Shown piece after piece: positions 1-15,990 of a stretch of DNA of 64,000 nt. The notes below the pieces were generated by a model. That model was not told the DNA's origin. It searched no databases and saw only the letters and a program-made list of their open reading frames with translations. The first letter of the stretch is position 1; every line of letters starts with the position of its first letter. The stretch is from assembly GCA_964016885.1 (NCBI GenBank), contig OZ024742.1, positions 271,374,001-271,438,000 of the forward strand, in the 5' to 3' direction. This DNA comes from Eledone cirrhosa (lineage: Eukaryota). The position numbers and the translations under genes were made by a program.

Positions 1-54
1 TATACATTAGATATTGTTGTTTATATGAATAATTCTAAGAACTTTATGTTTTAG

Positions 55-420
55 AGCATTATATATCTTGTTTTATGTGCATGGTGTTACATTGAAGCAG
101 GTAGAGAAGTTCAAATCTATCAAATAAAATGGTTTTCGAGTAAAGTTAATCGATGAAGTGCGTAGTTCGGAGAACAGAGTGTCTCCAACGACAGCCACTA
201 CTTTTCCGAATTGAGAGATTACAGATCTATACTATGGGCATGTGGTTAGAATGGCTCAGGCAAGAATCACTGGACAGATGTTACAGACAAAACAAACACA
301 GAAAGATGGTTGGATAACATCCATGAGATTCGCTAGTCTCACTTGCGGATATATGAGATCATATCGCAGGTACCATTATACAATTTTCCGCCTCCAGGTT
401 GCATATCACCGTTCTCACGT
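55..420 (+). mobile_element. Degraded RTE-clade LINE relic (RT and post-RT fragments)
   Basis: Translates to YVHGVTLKQVEKFK and YYGHVVRMAQARIT; similar to the minus-strand RTE piece at 25.6-26.0 kb. Confidence 0.6.
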
Positions 421-689
421 TATTTGATATTGATAATTCAGGCGGCTTTCTTCCTTGACTGTTAACAAAGGTAAACCATACCTTGAAATAAACAATTTTT
501 GTTGGTTGTTTGATATTTGGTAAGAAATGGTACTATAACTCATTAATTATATTATTTATGTCTATATGTTGATATATGTAATTTATTATTTTGGATATGC
601 TTTTATTCGTGTTAATTTAACTCATAGTTTGATTAAACTCGAAACACACGTACTGACATACACAAATATATACGTGTTCATATATATAT

Positions 690-4072
<3,383 letters not shown>

Positions 4073-6033
4073 TTGGAGAGATATAACCTAGATCGGTTAA
4101 AATAAGTCCGTTTTATTCATAATTCCCTACTATGGTTTATGGAATTCAGGAAACAATATTAATTGTTTTAAAAGATTGGAATAACTAATATTGGAAGAAT
4201 ATAAATACCGCCTTTAGAGTAAGAATTCCTGGGAATAAGATGAGTTATGAAATGTAATATATACATACAATGTCCTTGCCGAAAGCACGTCGTGTTCGAC
4301 GCATTGAATCATTGAATTCCTAAAGGAACATATATCTTTAAATATGTTTGTACAATGAAAAAGGTTTATAGTGACACTAGAATCAGCAGCAAATCCACCT
4401 AAATCTACACAACATTAAGGGAGTAGTTTGTATCAATTAAACATATAGTTTTCTTTAATACTTAGTTATCTCAATGAAACGATAACATGTAGTAATAAAT
4501 TATCACTTCAGACACGTAATTAAACATATCATTTTTTCTAGACTACGTGATGGCATATCAAGAAATGAAACTGATTAAGTGGTTATGCATTTCTTGACGT
4601 GAAATTGTTCACGAATTTAAATATATATTTGAATAGCTTTCATAAAATTTGTGTATCCCAAATCAGGAAAACATTTAATGCCAGCTTGTTAAAATACATG
4701 CCCCTATACGATATCATTAGTGTACTAAATAATAGAAAAATGAATATAAGTTCATATTGATTTCTGATTTTGTCTGCTCACAAATGCATGGGGGTAGTAT
4801 TGTTTAGATATGTAACAGCCAAATAATGATATATATTTTACCATAAAAAATAATATATAGATTGGATATCGACATACTGTAGATTCCAAATTAAATTCAA
4901 TATATCAGCATAAATTATTCTATGGCAGCACATGCACAATTAAATATAGCGTCTTCATAGTTTGCTCATAAATATTTCAGCAAAATATAAAGCGATTAGG
5001 TGACATAGTTTTCTGCATTTCACAGAGTGTTGTTGATCTTGAATGCATTACTTAACATAGTTCAGGAGCATCTAGCATAATCATTAATATATTGTGTGAA
5101 TAAAATATTTTATTTTCAAATGGCTTACGTAATATTTATGAAAATAACTTCAAAAGTCAATTTTAGAATTTAACAATGTTTAAATTGAATGGCTATTATG
5201 ATGTGCTTACATCAATCAATCATTATTACTGAAATTATAAACTTCTTTGATCGAGAAGTATTATGAAAGTTATAAGGATTACAAGATGATGATGTGAGAG
5301 GAGAGGGTAACGGAACCATAAGTTACTATCTATGAAATGCTAAAGGAAAAACAATGTATTTAAAGATTTCTCATCAATATAAACGAAAACCTATCAAGTT
5401 AAATACAAAGGTCTCCTGGAACAAAAATAAACTTCAACCACTTCTTTTCAGTTCAATGTATAATTATATATTTAGTTGGAAAACATAGTTGACAAAAGCT
5501 AAAAATCTACCAATTTAGTGGAATTGATGAATTTTATGTCCATTTTTATGTCCAAATGTAAGAAAAACTCGGAGGAATGATTTAAGAATACTTTTGATAT
5601 GAAATTTACCTGATTTCGTTGTAGATTTTCATTAGGTAGACATGAAATACAATCGTATGAATGTGAATGAAATAGTGATTGTTTTTTAAGTAATATAACA
5701 TTATATTCCACTCAGTGTTCTACATAGTGTTAAATGACAGTATTCTCATAGTCATGCACCTGGTAATCATCAAGGCTTTACTTTATGAGACGGAGGTTTC
5801 ATTTTCACTGCATGGAAACTTGGAAATACATTTCACAATAACAACGGGTCGCGCCAAATCTTCCGATTAAAATTCAGATGTCATTAGTATGCACTGTTTC
5901 ACTGTAATTCCACTTAGAACCAACGTTACGATACTAGTGTCTGTTAAATACTTGATCAATTTCCATGGTAATTCAATGGGGAACATAATTGTACGCTTAT
6001 TCATATTGTATGAATGTGTCAGCTATTATCTTG

Positions 6034-6099
<66 letters not shown>

Positions 6100-6100
<1 letters not shown>

Positions 6101-7065
6101 ATACTGTACGTCTGTATACATATATGTATGTACGCATACATACTTATATTTAAGTATCAGCCGTACTAAGGGTGAGAAATGGAATTTCGTTTCATTTGTG
6201 TCCATTTATCGTTTTCGGTACGCCAGGTCGACTAATTCACTCGATATGCAAATTAGGCTGCTCAGCCGTTAATATGCATAAGGAAATATATACTTTCAAA
6301 CGAGCAATCATCTAAAAGGAAGGTATAATATGCTGACGATAGTTAATAAGCTTGAAACTAGTTCATCGTTCCTTTGTCAGTGTCGAACAAAAGGGCAACG
6401 ATGGTTGCCGAACAATGCACGGCTTAACTCGGGCTGTTTGTTTACAAACAAACCGAACATTATAATAAATGTTCGGTAAACCACTACGTACATATATATA
6501 TATATATATATGTGTGCATGTATGTATATATATACATAATAATGTACGTCTGTATACATATATTTATGTACGTATACATACTTATATTTAAGTATCAGCC
6601 GTACTAAGGGTGAGAAATGAAATTTCGTTTCATTCTTTTCCATTTATCTTTTTCGGTACGCCCGACCGAATAACTCACTCGATATGCAAATTAGGCTGCT
6701 CAGCCGTTAATATGCATAAGGAAATTATATACTTTCAAAGGATCAATCATCTAGAAGGAAGGTATAATAAGCTGACGATAGCTAATAATCTTGAAACTAA
6801 TTCATCGTTCCTTTGTCAGTGTTGAACAAAAGGGCAACGATAGTTGCCGAACACTGTACGGCTTGACTCGGGCTGTTTGTTTACAAACAAACCGAACATT
6901 ATAATAAATGTTCGGTAAACCCATGCGTACATATATATATATGTGTGCATGTATGTATATATATACATACTACTGTACGTATGTATACATATATGTATGT
7001 ACGTATACATACTTAAATTTAAATATCAGTCGTACTAAGAGTGAGGAATGAAATTTCGTTTCATT
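6100..7065. repeat. Tandem repeat, ~435-440 bp unit, ~2.2 copies, hairpin-rich
   Basis: Units restart near 6103, 6543 and 6972; internal palindromes GTTTGTTT-AC-AAACAAAC and ACCGAACATT...AATGTTCGGT. Confidence 0.9.
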
Positions 7066-7067
7066 CT

Positions 7068-7089
<22 letters not shown>

Positions 7090-7104
<15 letters not shown>

Positions 7105-7790
7105 GTAAATATCTTTAAGTCGTTTGGAAGCCTCGACAATGCGAATGGGTAAATCTCCGGGTAACAAGGTCCGGTGGTGGAGAGAGAGAGATGTAAGTGG
7201 GTGTACGTTGAGATGCGTGGTGTGTATAAGATGTGTGAGATGTGTAGAATGAAGGGAAGAGTATAAAGGATAAAATAAATATAACAACACAAGAGAGAGT
7301 TACCTTGGGAGAGATTTAATAGTTCCTATATATTTCGGATTCACATCCATCAACTGGGGTTTTTATCCGGGGTGGTGGAAAAGGTTGTCTGTCGGACAAG
7401 TCCGGAACGCGTCCTTCGCTGTTTGTTGTTTTGAATATCTGAGGTATTCGGCAGAGCGCGCGTGCGCGTGAAATGGGGTCGGTCGTACAGAGGTCAGCGG
7501 CCGAATGAGGGAGTGGGATGGCGCTAGCTGTCAGTCCATTCTCTGCCTGTTTGTTAAATGTTACTGTGTGTGTGTGTGCGTGTGTTGTTGTCTCGCTTGA
7601 GTGTGTGTGTGTGTGCGTGCGTTGTTGCCTTGTTCCTCTGTATTGGCAGTGTAGTATGTTCGTATGGTGGAATGCTACTGTGTGTGTGTGCGTGTGTGTG
7701 TGTAGTTGTCTCGTTTGCGTGTGTGTGTGCGTGTGTTGTGTGTTGTTGCATCGCTTGTTAACTTAAACCAGCCATTTCATTTCGCTTCTA
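7090..7790 (-). mobile_element. 3' fragment (pLTR) of the same PLE family as 690-3845
   Basis: Reverse complement matches ~3097-3800. Confidence 0.9.
7324..7359 (-). ncRNA. Hammerhead-like motif with variant core CAGUUGA
   Basis: Minus strand: CCC CAGTTGA T GGAT-GTGA-ATCC GAAA TATA TA GGA. Confidence 0.5.
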
Positions 7791-8039
7791 TATATACATA
7801 CACACACAATCAGTTATTTAATTTGTTGATTATTCAACAAATTAGATCCATCACGTAGAACGTTTTACTCTATAACAGATTATAAATAATAAATGAAGAT
7901 CTCTACTTCCCACAAGGAAAAACTGTTAAGTGCTTCTAATCTGTTATAAATTAACTCTGTTGAATAATCAACAAATTAAACAACTCATTGTTTACACTTA
8001 GCTCCTTCGCGTAGAGCGCTTTACTCTATAACAGATTAT

Positions 8040-8317
8040 CTTTATGTCTAACACAGTGAATGTATGTCCGTCTGTCTGTCTGACTCCCTAAAACTCTAGA
8101 ACCACCCAACCGATTTTTTTCAAACTTTACACATGTAATACTTATGGTCGTGTCACTGTTTTGAGTAAAAAAAATTCAAATGTTCACTGCCCTAGGGTCC
8201 GCATTAGGCGCCCGACATCGCGTCCTTATAACGTCTTCCTGCATGTCTGGTGTCTGCATTACGACATTATGACGCTATCTCTGTGTGTGTATACATATAT
8301 ATGTATATATATAGTGC

Positions 8318-8381
<64 letters not shown>

Positions 8382-8692
8382 CGCAACGATTTTCGAAATA
8401 TTTACTTCTGCGTTCACAGATGGATTTTTTTAGTTTCAGAATATACACACACATACAGATAGTGTCATAATGTCATAATGCAGACAACTAGACATACAGA
8501 CAGTTATTACGAGGGCGCAACGTTATAGCTATCTAATGCGGTCCCTAGGGCATTGAAATATTGAAATAGTTTTGGGTCAAAACACACACATGGCCATGAG
8601 TATTACATGTGTAAAGTTTGTAAAAAATCGGTTGGGTGGTTCTCGAGTTTTAGGGAGTCAGAGAGACATACATTCTGTTTTAGATATATAGC
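8040..8692. repeat. Foldback of two inverted Helitron-like 5' segments
   Basis: ~8040-8290 is the inverse of ~8455-8692; begins CTATATATCTAAAACAGAATGTATGTC and contains CCCAACCGATTTTTT-CAAACTTTACAC. Confidence 0.65.
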
Positions 8693-9095
8693 TATATATA
8701 TAATAATATAGTTGTGTACAAATATTTTTTGCATACACAATAACAAAATATAAACGAAGGTATTTATTTCACGAGGTTCGATAAGGATAAATATATATTA
8801 AATATATACGAACCCTAGACGAGGCAGAAGGGGATATACACGATTGACTGAAGAAGGACAAGACTGTCTTAGTAGTACGAGCATCGGCTGCTATCACACC
8901 AACAGCAGCAAAAAAAACAACAACAAAAAAGACAGGCAACGCAATTAAATGCTTTTGAATAATCGTAATGGCAAATGATTTGCCTGTTCACCCAAGGCGA
9001 CTTCACTTTTTATTAGGACTTCTGCATCGATTGGAGAACATACGACGAAACTGTCTCAGAAAGGAGGCATAAGCATGCCAATCTATGTTTAGAAT

Positions 9096-9124
9096 CCCGA
9101 GCAACGCCGGGCCATTCTGCTAGT
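9096..9124 (+). mobile_element. Helitron 3' terminus
   Basis: Hairpin CCCGAGC-AAC-GCCGGG, 8 nt spacer, then CTAG followed by T. Confidence 0.75.
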
Positions 9125-9134
9125 AAAAATAAAG

Positions 9135-9178
<44 letters not shown>

Positions 9179-10214
9179 CATGTTGTCTTGCTACGAACGA
9201 AGCATTTCTTTTCCAGCAGAAATCATTTTGATTGTAAAATAAATACACCTATACGTAATGAATACCTTCTTTAACTTTTTAACTGTAGTCATCTCCGTAT
9301 ATACAGGGGAGATTGAACCTGGTCATAATTCCGCTGAATACCAAGGAGGCCAATGACCAGCTCAACTTTAGCTAAATTACATACGAATCTATATTGGAAT
9401 GAAATTTGACCGACAGTTGACCTAGAGATAGCGCTTCAAGTCCTAACGTGCTAACATTCCTCATAGGTAACTAACAATTCCGCCGTACATACCAGTGCAG
9501 GGTCTCTCACACAAAGAAGCTATATATAGCTTGAACAAAATCTTAAAGATTAGTATCTACCACTGTTTCCAGGCATTGCTCCAGCAGCCTTTAGCTACAT
9601 AGATAGTAAACAAAGTCTGCAATAGATTCAAGTGTTCCGCTGCACAACTTGGTTGAGGATTCGTAACTACTGAGCGAACAATGTTTGATCTCCCGCTATC
9701 CTTGCTCACATCATGCATCTAAGCTGCGTGAATCAGGTAGGAACATGCTTCAAACGTAGAGAGCAAGCTGGAACAGACATTGTGACATGTCCAATAAATA
9801 TCAACCCCAAACGGGCTTTCTCTCGGAGAGAGTGGGTGTTATTGAATTAACTGCGGACAATTGTTCGACCAGACAAGGCTCTAATGCTCCGCTGGGTACT
9901 CCGTCCGCCTGCAGCTTCCAAGTGTCGTTCGTTATTGCTGTCTGTTCATCATATACGGAGGGAGTGCCTGGATTTTTACACACCCGAGAATATGGAACTC
10001 ACACTTCCTTATCTCTCCACCATGAGCTGGTTAAAATTCTTAAGGGATATCAGATATTTCCTGCTGCCTACACACATGAATATGTGTACATGGATAGTTA
10101 CAGCTTACATTATTTTGTTATTCAGTGTTGCGTGATCTTAACGCTGTTAATTCTATGTTATATGATATACCAGTTTCTTTTCAGCGCATGCCGTTTTGGG
10201 AGGGATAGTGTGGA

Positions 10215-11200
10215 TGGAATAGTAACCAGAAATTGCTGTTTGTTTATATATTTGTTTTTTTAATATATTTATCTCCTCATCTTTATAATGGCTCATTTGT
10301 TTACTCCCTTTCGATTTACCTACTTTTTCAACTCCCTCCCCCTCCCCTTCTCCAGTACACTTTTTCGACCTTCTATACACTATCCTTAGAATCTGCCGTA
10401 TAGATTTCACTTTCAACGATTGACTGGGCTTCCCTCAATCCCTCTTGGTTATACCGGCAAGCTACCCCTACCCTACCTTCCACCATACCATGATAGAATC
10501 AACTGTCTTTACAACAAATTTTTGACCAATCCTCTTGAAAATTACTATCTTCCCATATATGGAATTACCCCCTAAGAAGTTCGGCTATTTATTTACCAGG
10601 TTAAAATTCTTATTTAGTCCAGAATTAGCCGTTGAAACGGCATGAGCTCTGCTGTCGGGTCATACTTGTTCCTATTACCCACTATACTACCCTAAGTATT
10701 GAGTACTTTGGTGCGTTAAGGTCTATATATTTCCTTACCACATTACCTTCGTTATATATATATATAGACAACCTATATATTTCCAGGTGTACTTATTACC
10801 CGTGGGCTATTAACTTCTTTTAATATTCTCCGTTATGTAGAGAACAAATCTGTTGTTCTATTTAGCTGCTATTTTTAGTGGTGTAGTAGACAACATGTCT
10901 ATGGTACTTCCGCTTTTACTACGGACTGGTTCACGTACGGGTCATTTTTCGACCTCACTCGATCTGTACTAGCTGGCAGATGGCAATATATTTTGCCGTT
11001 CCTGGGACTTTAGTCCTAGGAAAGGAAAATGCTTCTCTGATGAACTTTGCTTTTCCATTAGAAATCCATCGGATTTCTAGTGTTTTACGAAGGGAAACCG
11101 ATCGGTAAGGGCCATTAGAATGGGTAAATATTTTAATTATATTTTTTAATTTATTTTAAAAAAATTGGTTGAATTTTGCTTGTTCTGCTTATCTTAATAT
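10215..11200 (+). mobile_element. Non-coding interspersed repeat carrying a hammerhead, probably a PLE pLTR/UTR
   Basis: Homologous to 52720-53155 and 56960-57080; hammerhead at 11033-11111. Confidence 0.65.
11033..11111 (+). ncRNA. Type I hammerhead ribozyme with extended stem II
   Basis: TTCT CTGATGA A CTTTG..CATTAGAAATCC-ATC-GGATTTCTAGTG..CGAAG G GAAA CCGATCGG TA AGGG; palindromic stem III, GUA triplet. Confidence 0.82.
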
Positions 11201-11229
11201 ATATATATATATATATATATATAATAACA

Positions 11230-11520
11230 ATAATTGTTTCTACTTTTGGCACAAAGCTAGCAATTACCCAGTGCATTACTGGTACTTTATTTTATCGACC
11301 CAGTAAGGATGAAAGGCAAAGTTAACAATAATAATTGTTTCTACTTTAGGCACAAGGCCAGCAATTACCCAGTGCATTACTGGTACTTTATTTTATCGAC
11401 CCCGTAAGGATGAAAGGCAAAGTCAACCTCGGCGGGATTTGAACTCAGTTCGTAAAGGGACGTAACACGCTGGAAAGCATGGCGTCCGACCCTCCACCGG
11501 TACTGCTAATCCACCACCCT
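11230..11520 (-). mobile_element. tRNA-derived SINE, one partial plus one near-full copy
   Basis: B box GAGTTCAAATCCC and conserved core GCCTTTCATCCTTACGGGGTCGATAAAATAAAGTACCAG on the minus strand. Confidence 0.88.
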
Positions 11521-11547
11521 GTTAACAATAATAATATTAATAATAAT

Positions 11548-12745
11548 GTAGGAATACTCATAAGTGCAGTAAATTCCCGAGCTGTGTCTATTATTATGTA
11601 CAGTGCGGGAATTCTGAAATGGAATGTTGCTGAACGAAAAGAAATGGATAGGAAGACTAGGAAGCTAATGACTATCTACAACATGTTCCACAAGAGGAGT
11701 GAGGTCGATAGACACTACTTAAAGAGATCTGAAGGTGGAAGAGGTCTTATCAGCATAGAGGACTGTTTTCAGATGGAGGAAAACAACCTGCACAATTATG
11801 TGACTGACAGTAGGGAGCCAATGCTCAAAATTGTACTGAAGGATAAGATAATAGACCGGGGGATGTCCAAGGAGGAAATAACAACAAGGAGGAAGAGCGA
11901 CCTTCATGAAAAATCCCTTCATAGCACCTTCTTTAAAGAAACAGAATTCAGAGATCCACAGACATGGAACTGGTTAAAAAGAGGGGACCTTAAAAAAGCT
12001 ACAGAAGGAATGCTAATGGCTCCGCAACAGCAAGCCCTCAGAACGTAGTGGGTGAAACACCATATTGACAAGAAGGAGGCTAGCTCACTGTGTAGGATCT
12101 GTGGAGGAGACTGTGGAGGAGACTGTGGCTCACATTGTATCCGAGTGTAAACACCTAGCCCAGACTCACTATAAAGTCTGGAGACATGATGTGATAAGCA
12201 ATGTTTTCCACTGGCATCTATGCAAAGTAAACAATTTACCACATTCTCAGAAGTGGTATGAACACAAGCCAGAATCGGTGATAGAAAACGATCAGGTGAA
12301 GGTGCTATGAGATTTTAGGATACAGACGGACAAGAAATTAGATCACAATAGACCTGACCTGGTGGTTTTGGACAATCGTGCCTGATGTTTGATGTAGCCT
12401 GCCTATTCGACACAAGAGTGCATGAAAAGGAGAGGGAGAAAATAAACCGATACCAGGACTTAAAGTGGAGGAGGTAAAAAGATTTGTAACTGGCATGAAG
12501 TCAAGGTCGTCCCGATTGTCATAGGCGCTCTAGGTACTATCTCAAAGAGTTTCCAAAGATGGTTAAATACGATTAATCCAGTCCCGCTTTTTGGAACACT
12601 TCAAATGGCATGTTTGCTGGGAACAGCAATAACCCTCCGATACGTCCTAAATGTCTGAGGCTGCTGGTAGTGGCTTGATATTCATTTCGACAAACTTTCC
12701 AGTTAAATAACATCAATGACTGAGACTCAAAAAATAATAATAATT
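11548..12745 (+). mobile_element. R4/Dong-type non-LTR retrotransposon, 5'-truncated and degraded
   Basis: AVNSRAVSII.YSAGI; CRIC..ETVAHIVSEC; WRHD; DFRIQTDKKLDHNRPDLVV (RLE nuclease); (AAT) tail. Confidence 0.88.
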
Positions 12746-12894
12746 ATAAAATTTATACTCTTATATATAATCTATATACAATTATAAATATGAAAAGGTA
12801 ATATTTTGTATTACCCAATTACCTGTAAGAAGGTTAGCTCAATGTAAAATATCAGATATATTACAGAACAGAAATACAACTTTTCAAACAATTA

Positions 12895-14845
12895 AATGTT
12901 TGTTTAATGCATTTAATTGCTGACGATCGTTTCTTCCAGACAAATATCTGATTTTCATCGGAGCATATACAATGTTAAACAAGTAATTACATTCCTAGTC
13001 TTTAGAACGTTCATTAAAATACATTATAATTAACAGTCTCAGAGACATCATATTGAAGAGCAAGAGGAAGAAAATAATATTACAGTGAAAAATTAGTAAA
13101 ATATTGAAAGGTGTTAGGAAGAGAGAATTATATAAAGTTAAAATATCAAGCATATTACACAAATAATGTTAATAACTGTTTCTACTTTTTGGCACAAGGT
13201 CAGCAATTACCCAGTGCATTAATGGTACTCTATTTTATCGACCCCGTAAGAATGAAAGGCAAAGTTAACCGCGGCAGTATGCATTAAGGTAAGACAGATG
13301 CATAATGATAGGATGCATATATATGTTATGTAAACCTTACATGCTGAATTAGTTGCAGGCAAAGATATTTATGCTGGAGGGAGTATAAAAATGTTATGTA
13401 AGAAATGCTAATAATTATAGTAGTGGCGTGTGTAAGTAATAAGCATAGATTTGTAAAGTTCAAAAACAAACATTTACTCCAACATTAATTAGTTACATTG
13501 TATTTCTTCCTTAATGTTTCACTCTAAGGAATTTCTACCTCAATTCGATGTTTCTGTTCTCGTGTCATAATCTGTGTTTGAATAATATCTTATTTGACAT
13601 TCCTGAATGTAGTACGTCGATTAAGATTGCAGTTAAACTGAAAACAACACCTTGTACGAAACCTTAAGAAAACGATGGTGTTGATATGTTGATAATAACG
13701 GTTGGATTTTGAAAGAGTTAATGAAGTAATACAAAGAGAGTTAATAAAATAAGGAAGGTAATTAAGAAACTAAAAAATGTCATTGAATTTATATTCTTAT
13801 TTATATATTTATATATAAATTATCAATTAATTAATTTATTTATTTATTTATTATTTAAATGTATTCATTTATTTTATATTATTTTACTTTATCCTTTTCC
13901 AAATTATATAAAAAAGGGTTTAATTATTAATTTGGAGAGGAATATATTTAGTAGTGAATAATGTATGGTGGATAAAATATGTGTTAAGAGCACTATTACC
14001 AACTATCTAATTTGTGTTACATTTATTTAGAAAAGAAATAATAAAAAGGAAGATAATTTAAAAGAAAAAAAAAACGTAGTAGGTACATAAAATGTTTAAT
14101 CTTTTTATGGTTATTAGGGTAATAAGATAAAGTAGAAGAACTGAAATAGACAATGTTATGGTAATAATTTGGTAATTAGATGAGAGAAAAGATATCTAAT
14201 AAAATAGGCTTAAGTTAATAGGGTGGTCAGGATTATTAAATAAAGTGATAGGTTCTTTGTACACTATAAGGGGGAGTTATATAAATAAATACAAAAATCA
14301 TTGGAATTTAGATGATTAAAATTAAAGATATAAGTGTTAATGGAAATGTGGGTTTAGATCTGACATTGTTATAAAAACCTGCTGGGACTAAAGTAGTGAA
14401 AAGTGTGCTGGTGAGAGTGTGGAAACGTAGAGAAAATTTACGTCTTTCTGTTTAATAGATTTAAATTCGAATAAACAAAAGTGGGAGACTCAAGGCGAGT
14501 TACAGAAATGTTTGGGTGGTTTATGTGAGGGGGCCGTAGCTATCATGTCCCACCCTTGTTGCTAGTTTTAACTGAATGTATATATGTAGTTAATGAAGTA
14601 CTCTAATTCATTATCCCTTTATAACAACTTTCAATATTTTACTAACTTTTGTCTGTAATATTATTTTCTTCTTCCTGCTCTTCAATATGATATCACTGAA
14701 ATTGTTAATTATAATGTATCTTAATGAATGTTCTAAAGACTAGAAATGTAATTACTTGTTTTTTACATTGTATATTTTCCGATATAATCTAGATATTTGT
14801 TTGCAAGAAACTATCATCACCAATTAAATGAATTAAACAAACATA
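12895..14845 (-). mobile_element. 5'-truncated PLE (GIY-YIG tail, AT-rich UTR, pLTR) with an inverted pLTR
   Basis: ~14410-14560 minus encodes WDMIATAP...LNLLNRKT.IFSTFPH; 12895-13118 is the inverse of 14620-14845; SINE fragment at 13175-13275. Confidence 0.78.
12918..12965 (-). ncRNA. Type I hammerhead ribozyme, U4C core variant
   Basis: TGCT CCGATGA AAA TCAGA-TATTTG-TCTGG AA GAAA CGATCG TC AGCA; GUC triplet, palindromic stem III. Confidence 0.8.
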
Positions 14846-14860
14846 TGAGTGCTTTATATG

Positions 14861-14951
<91 letters not shown>

Positions 14952-14967
14952 TGTGTGCGTATGTATG

Positions 14968-15029
<62 letters not shown>

Positions 15030-15032
<3 letters not shown>

Positions 15033-15990
15033 CAGTGCCTGTGCCGTGGAGCTTTTATAGTGAGCAAACGCATTGCACAAAGCCAGTCCCACTCTCTTTA
15101 CCAAGATGATATTTACCAAAAAGAAGAACAAGTCAACATCATTGGATAACATCATGGTTGCAGCTGTCTTATCACAGTTTTCATTCTCCTAGAATTCTGC
15201 CTTGACAAAGGCTAAGGGGTCATCTCTCCCGGATATATATATACATACATACACATATATATATATACATGGTGGCTGCCAACTCGTTTTCGAGTACGGC
15301 CACTACTTTATATGCATATAAGAAAACCCCTAGCGATGCGCTGAATGAGTGTGTCTTTTTAGTCCAGCCAGCGACTTGAAAACTCTGGTACAAACACTAC
15401 ACTTGTGACAATTATTGACACAGTGCTGGGCCCATGGTACCATGTAACGACAAGTGCAGAGAGATCTCCAGATATAAAGCAATGCCTGTGCCGTGAAGCT
15501 TTTATAGTGATCAAAGGCACTGCACAAAGCCAGTCCCACTCTCTTAACCAAGATGATATTTACCAACATGAATAACAAATCAACATCATTGGATACCATC
15601 AGGGTTGTAGGTGTTATATCAGAGTTTTCCTTCTCCTAGAATTCTGCCTTGACAAATATCTGGAGATCTCTCTGCACTTCTCGTCACATGGTGCCATGGG
15701 CCCAGCACTGTGTGTCAATAATTGTTACAGGTATAGTGATTGTACCAGAGTTTTCAAGTCACTGGCTGGACTAAAAAGTCACACTTGTTTAGCGCATCGG
15801 TAGGGGTTCTCCTACATGAATATAAAGTAGTGGTTGTATTCGAAAACGAATTGGCAGCCAACATGTATATATATATATATATATGTGTATGTATGTATGT
15901 ATATATATCCGGGAGAGATGACCCCTTAGTCTGTGTCAAGGCAGAATTCTAGGAGAAGGAAAACTCTGATATAATACCTGCAACCCTGAT
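15030..15990. mobile_element. Short RTE-derived non-autonomous element in tandem and inverted copies
   Basis: Head motif CTAGGAGAAGGAAAACTCTGAT; tail encodes [19 protein letters not shown] followed by (ATGT)n; ~15160-15475 is the inverse of 15657-15990; another 3' copy at 24890-25115. Confidence 0.65.

Noticed and set aside
8846-8872. CTGAAGA followed by hairpin AGGACA-AGAC-TGTCTT
   Set aside because: No GAAA or stem III follows; at most half a hammerhead
9480-9800. Minus-strand ESIADFVYYL, reminiscent of LTR-retrotransposon gag
   Set aside because: Single short motif interrupted by stops, with no LTR or pol support
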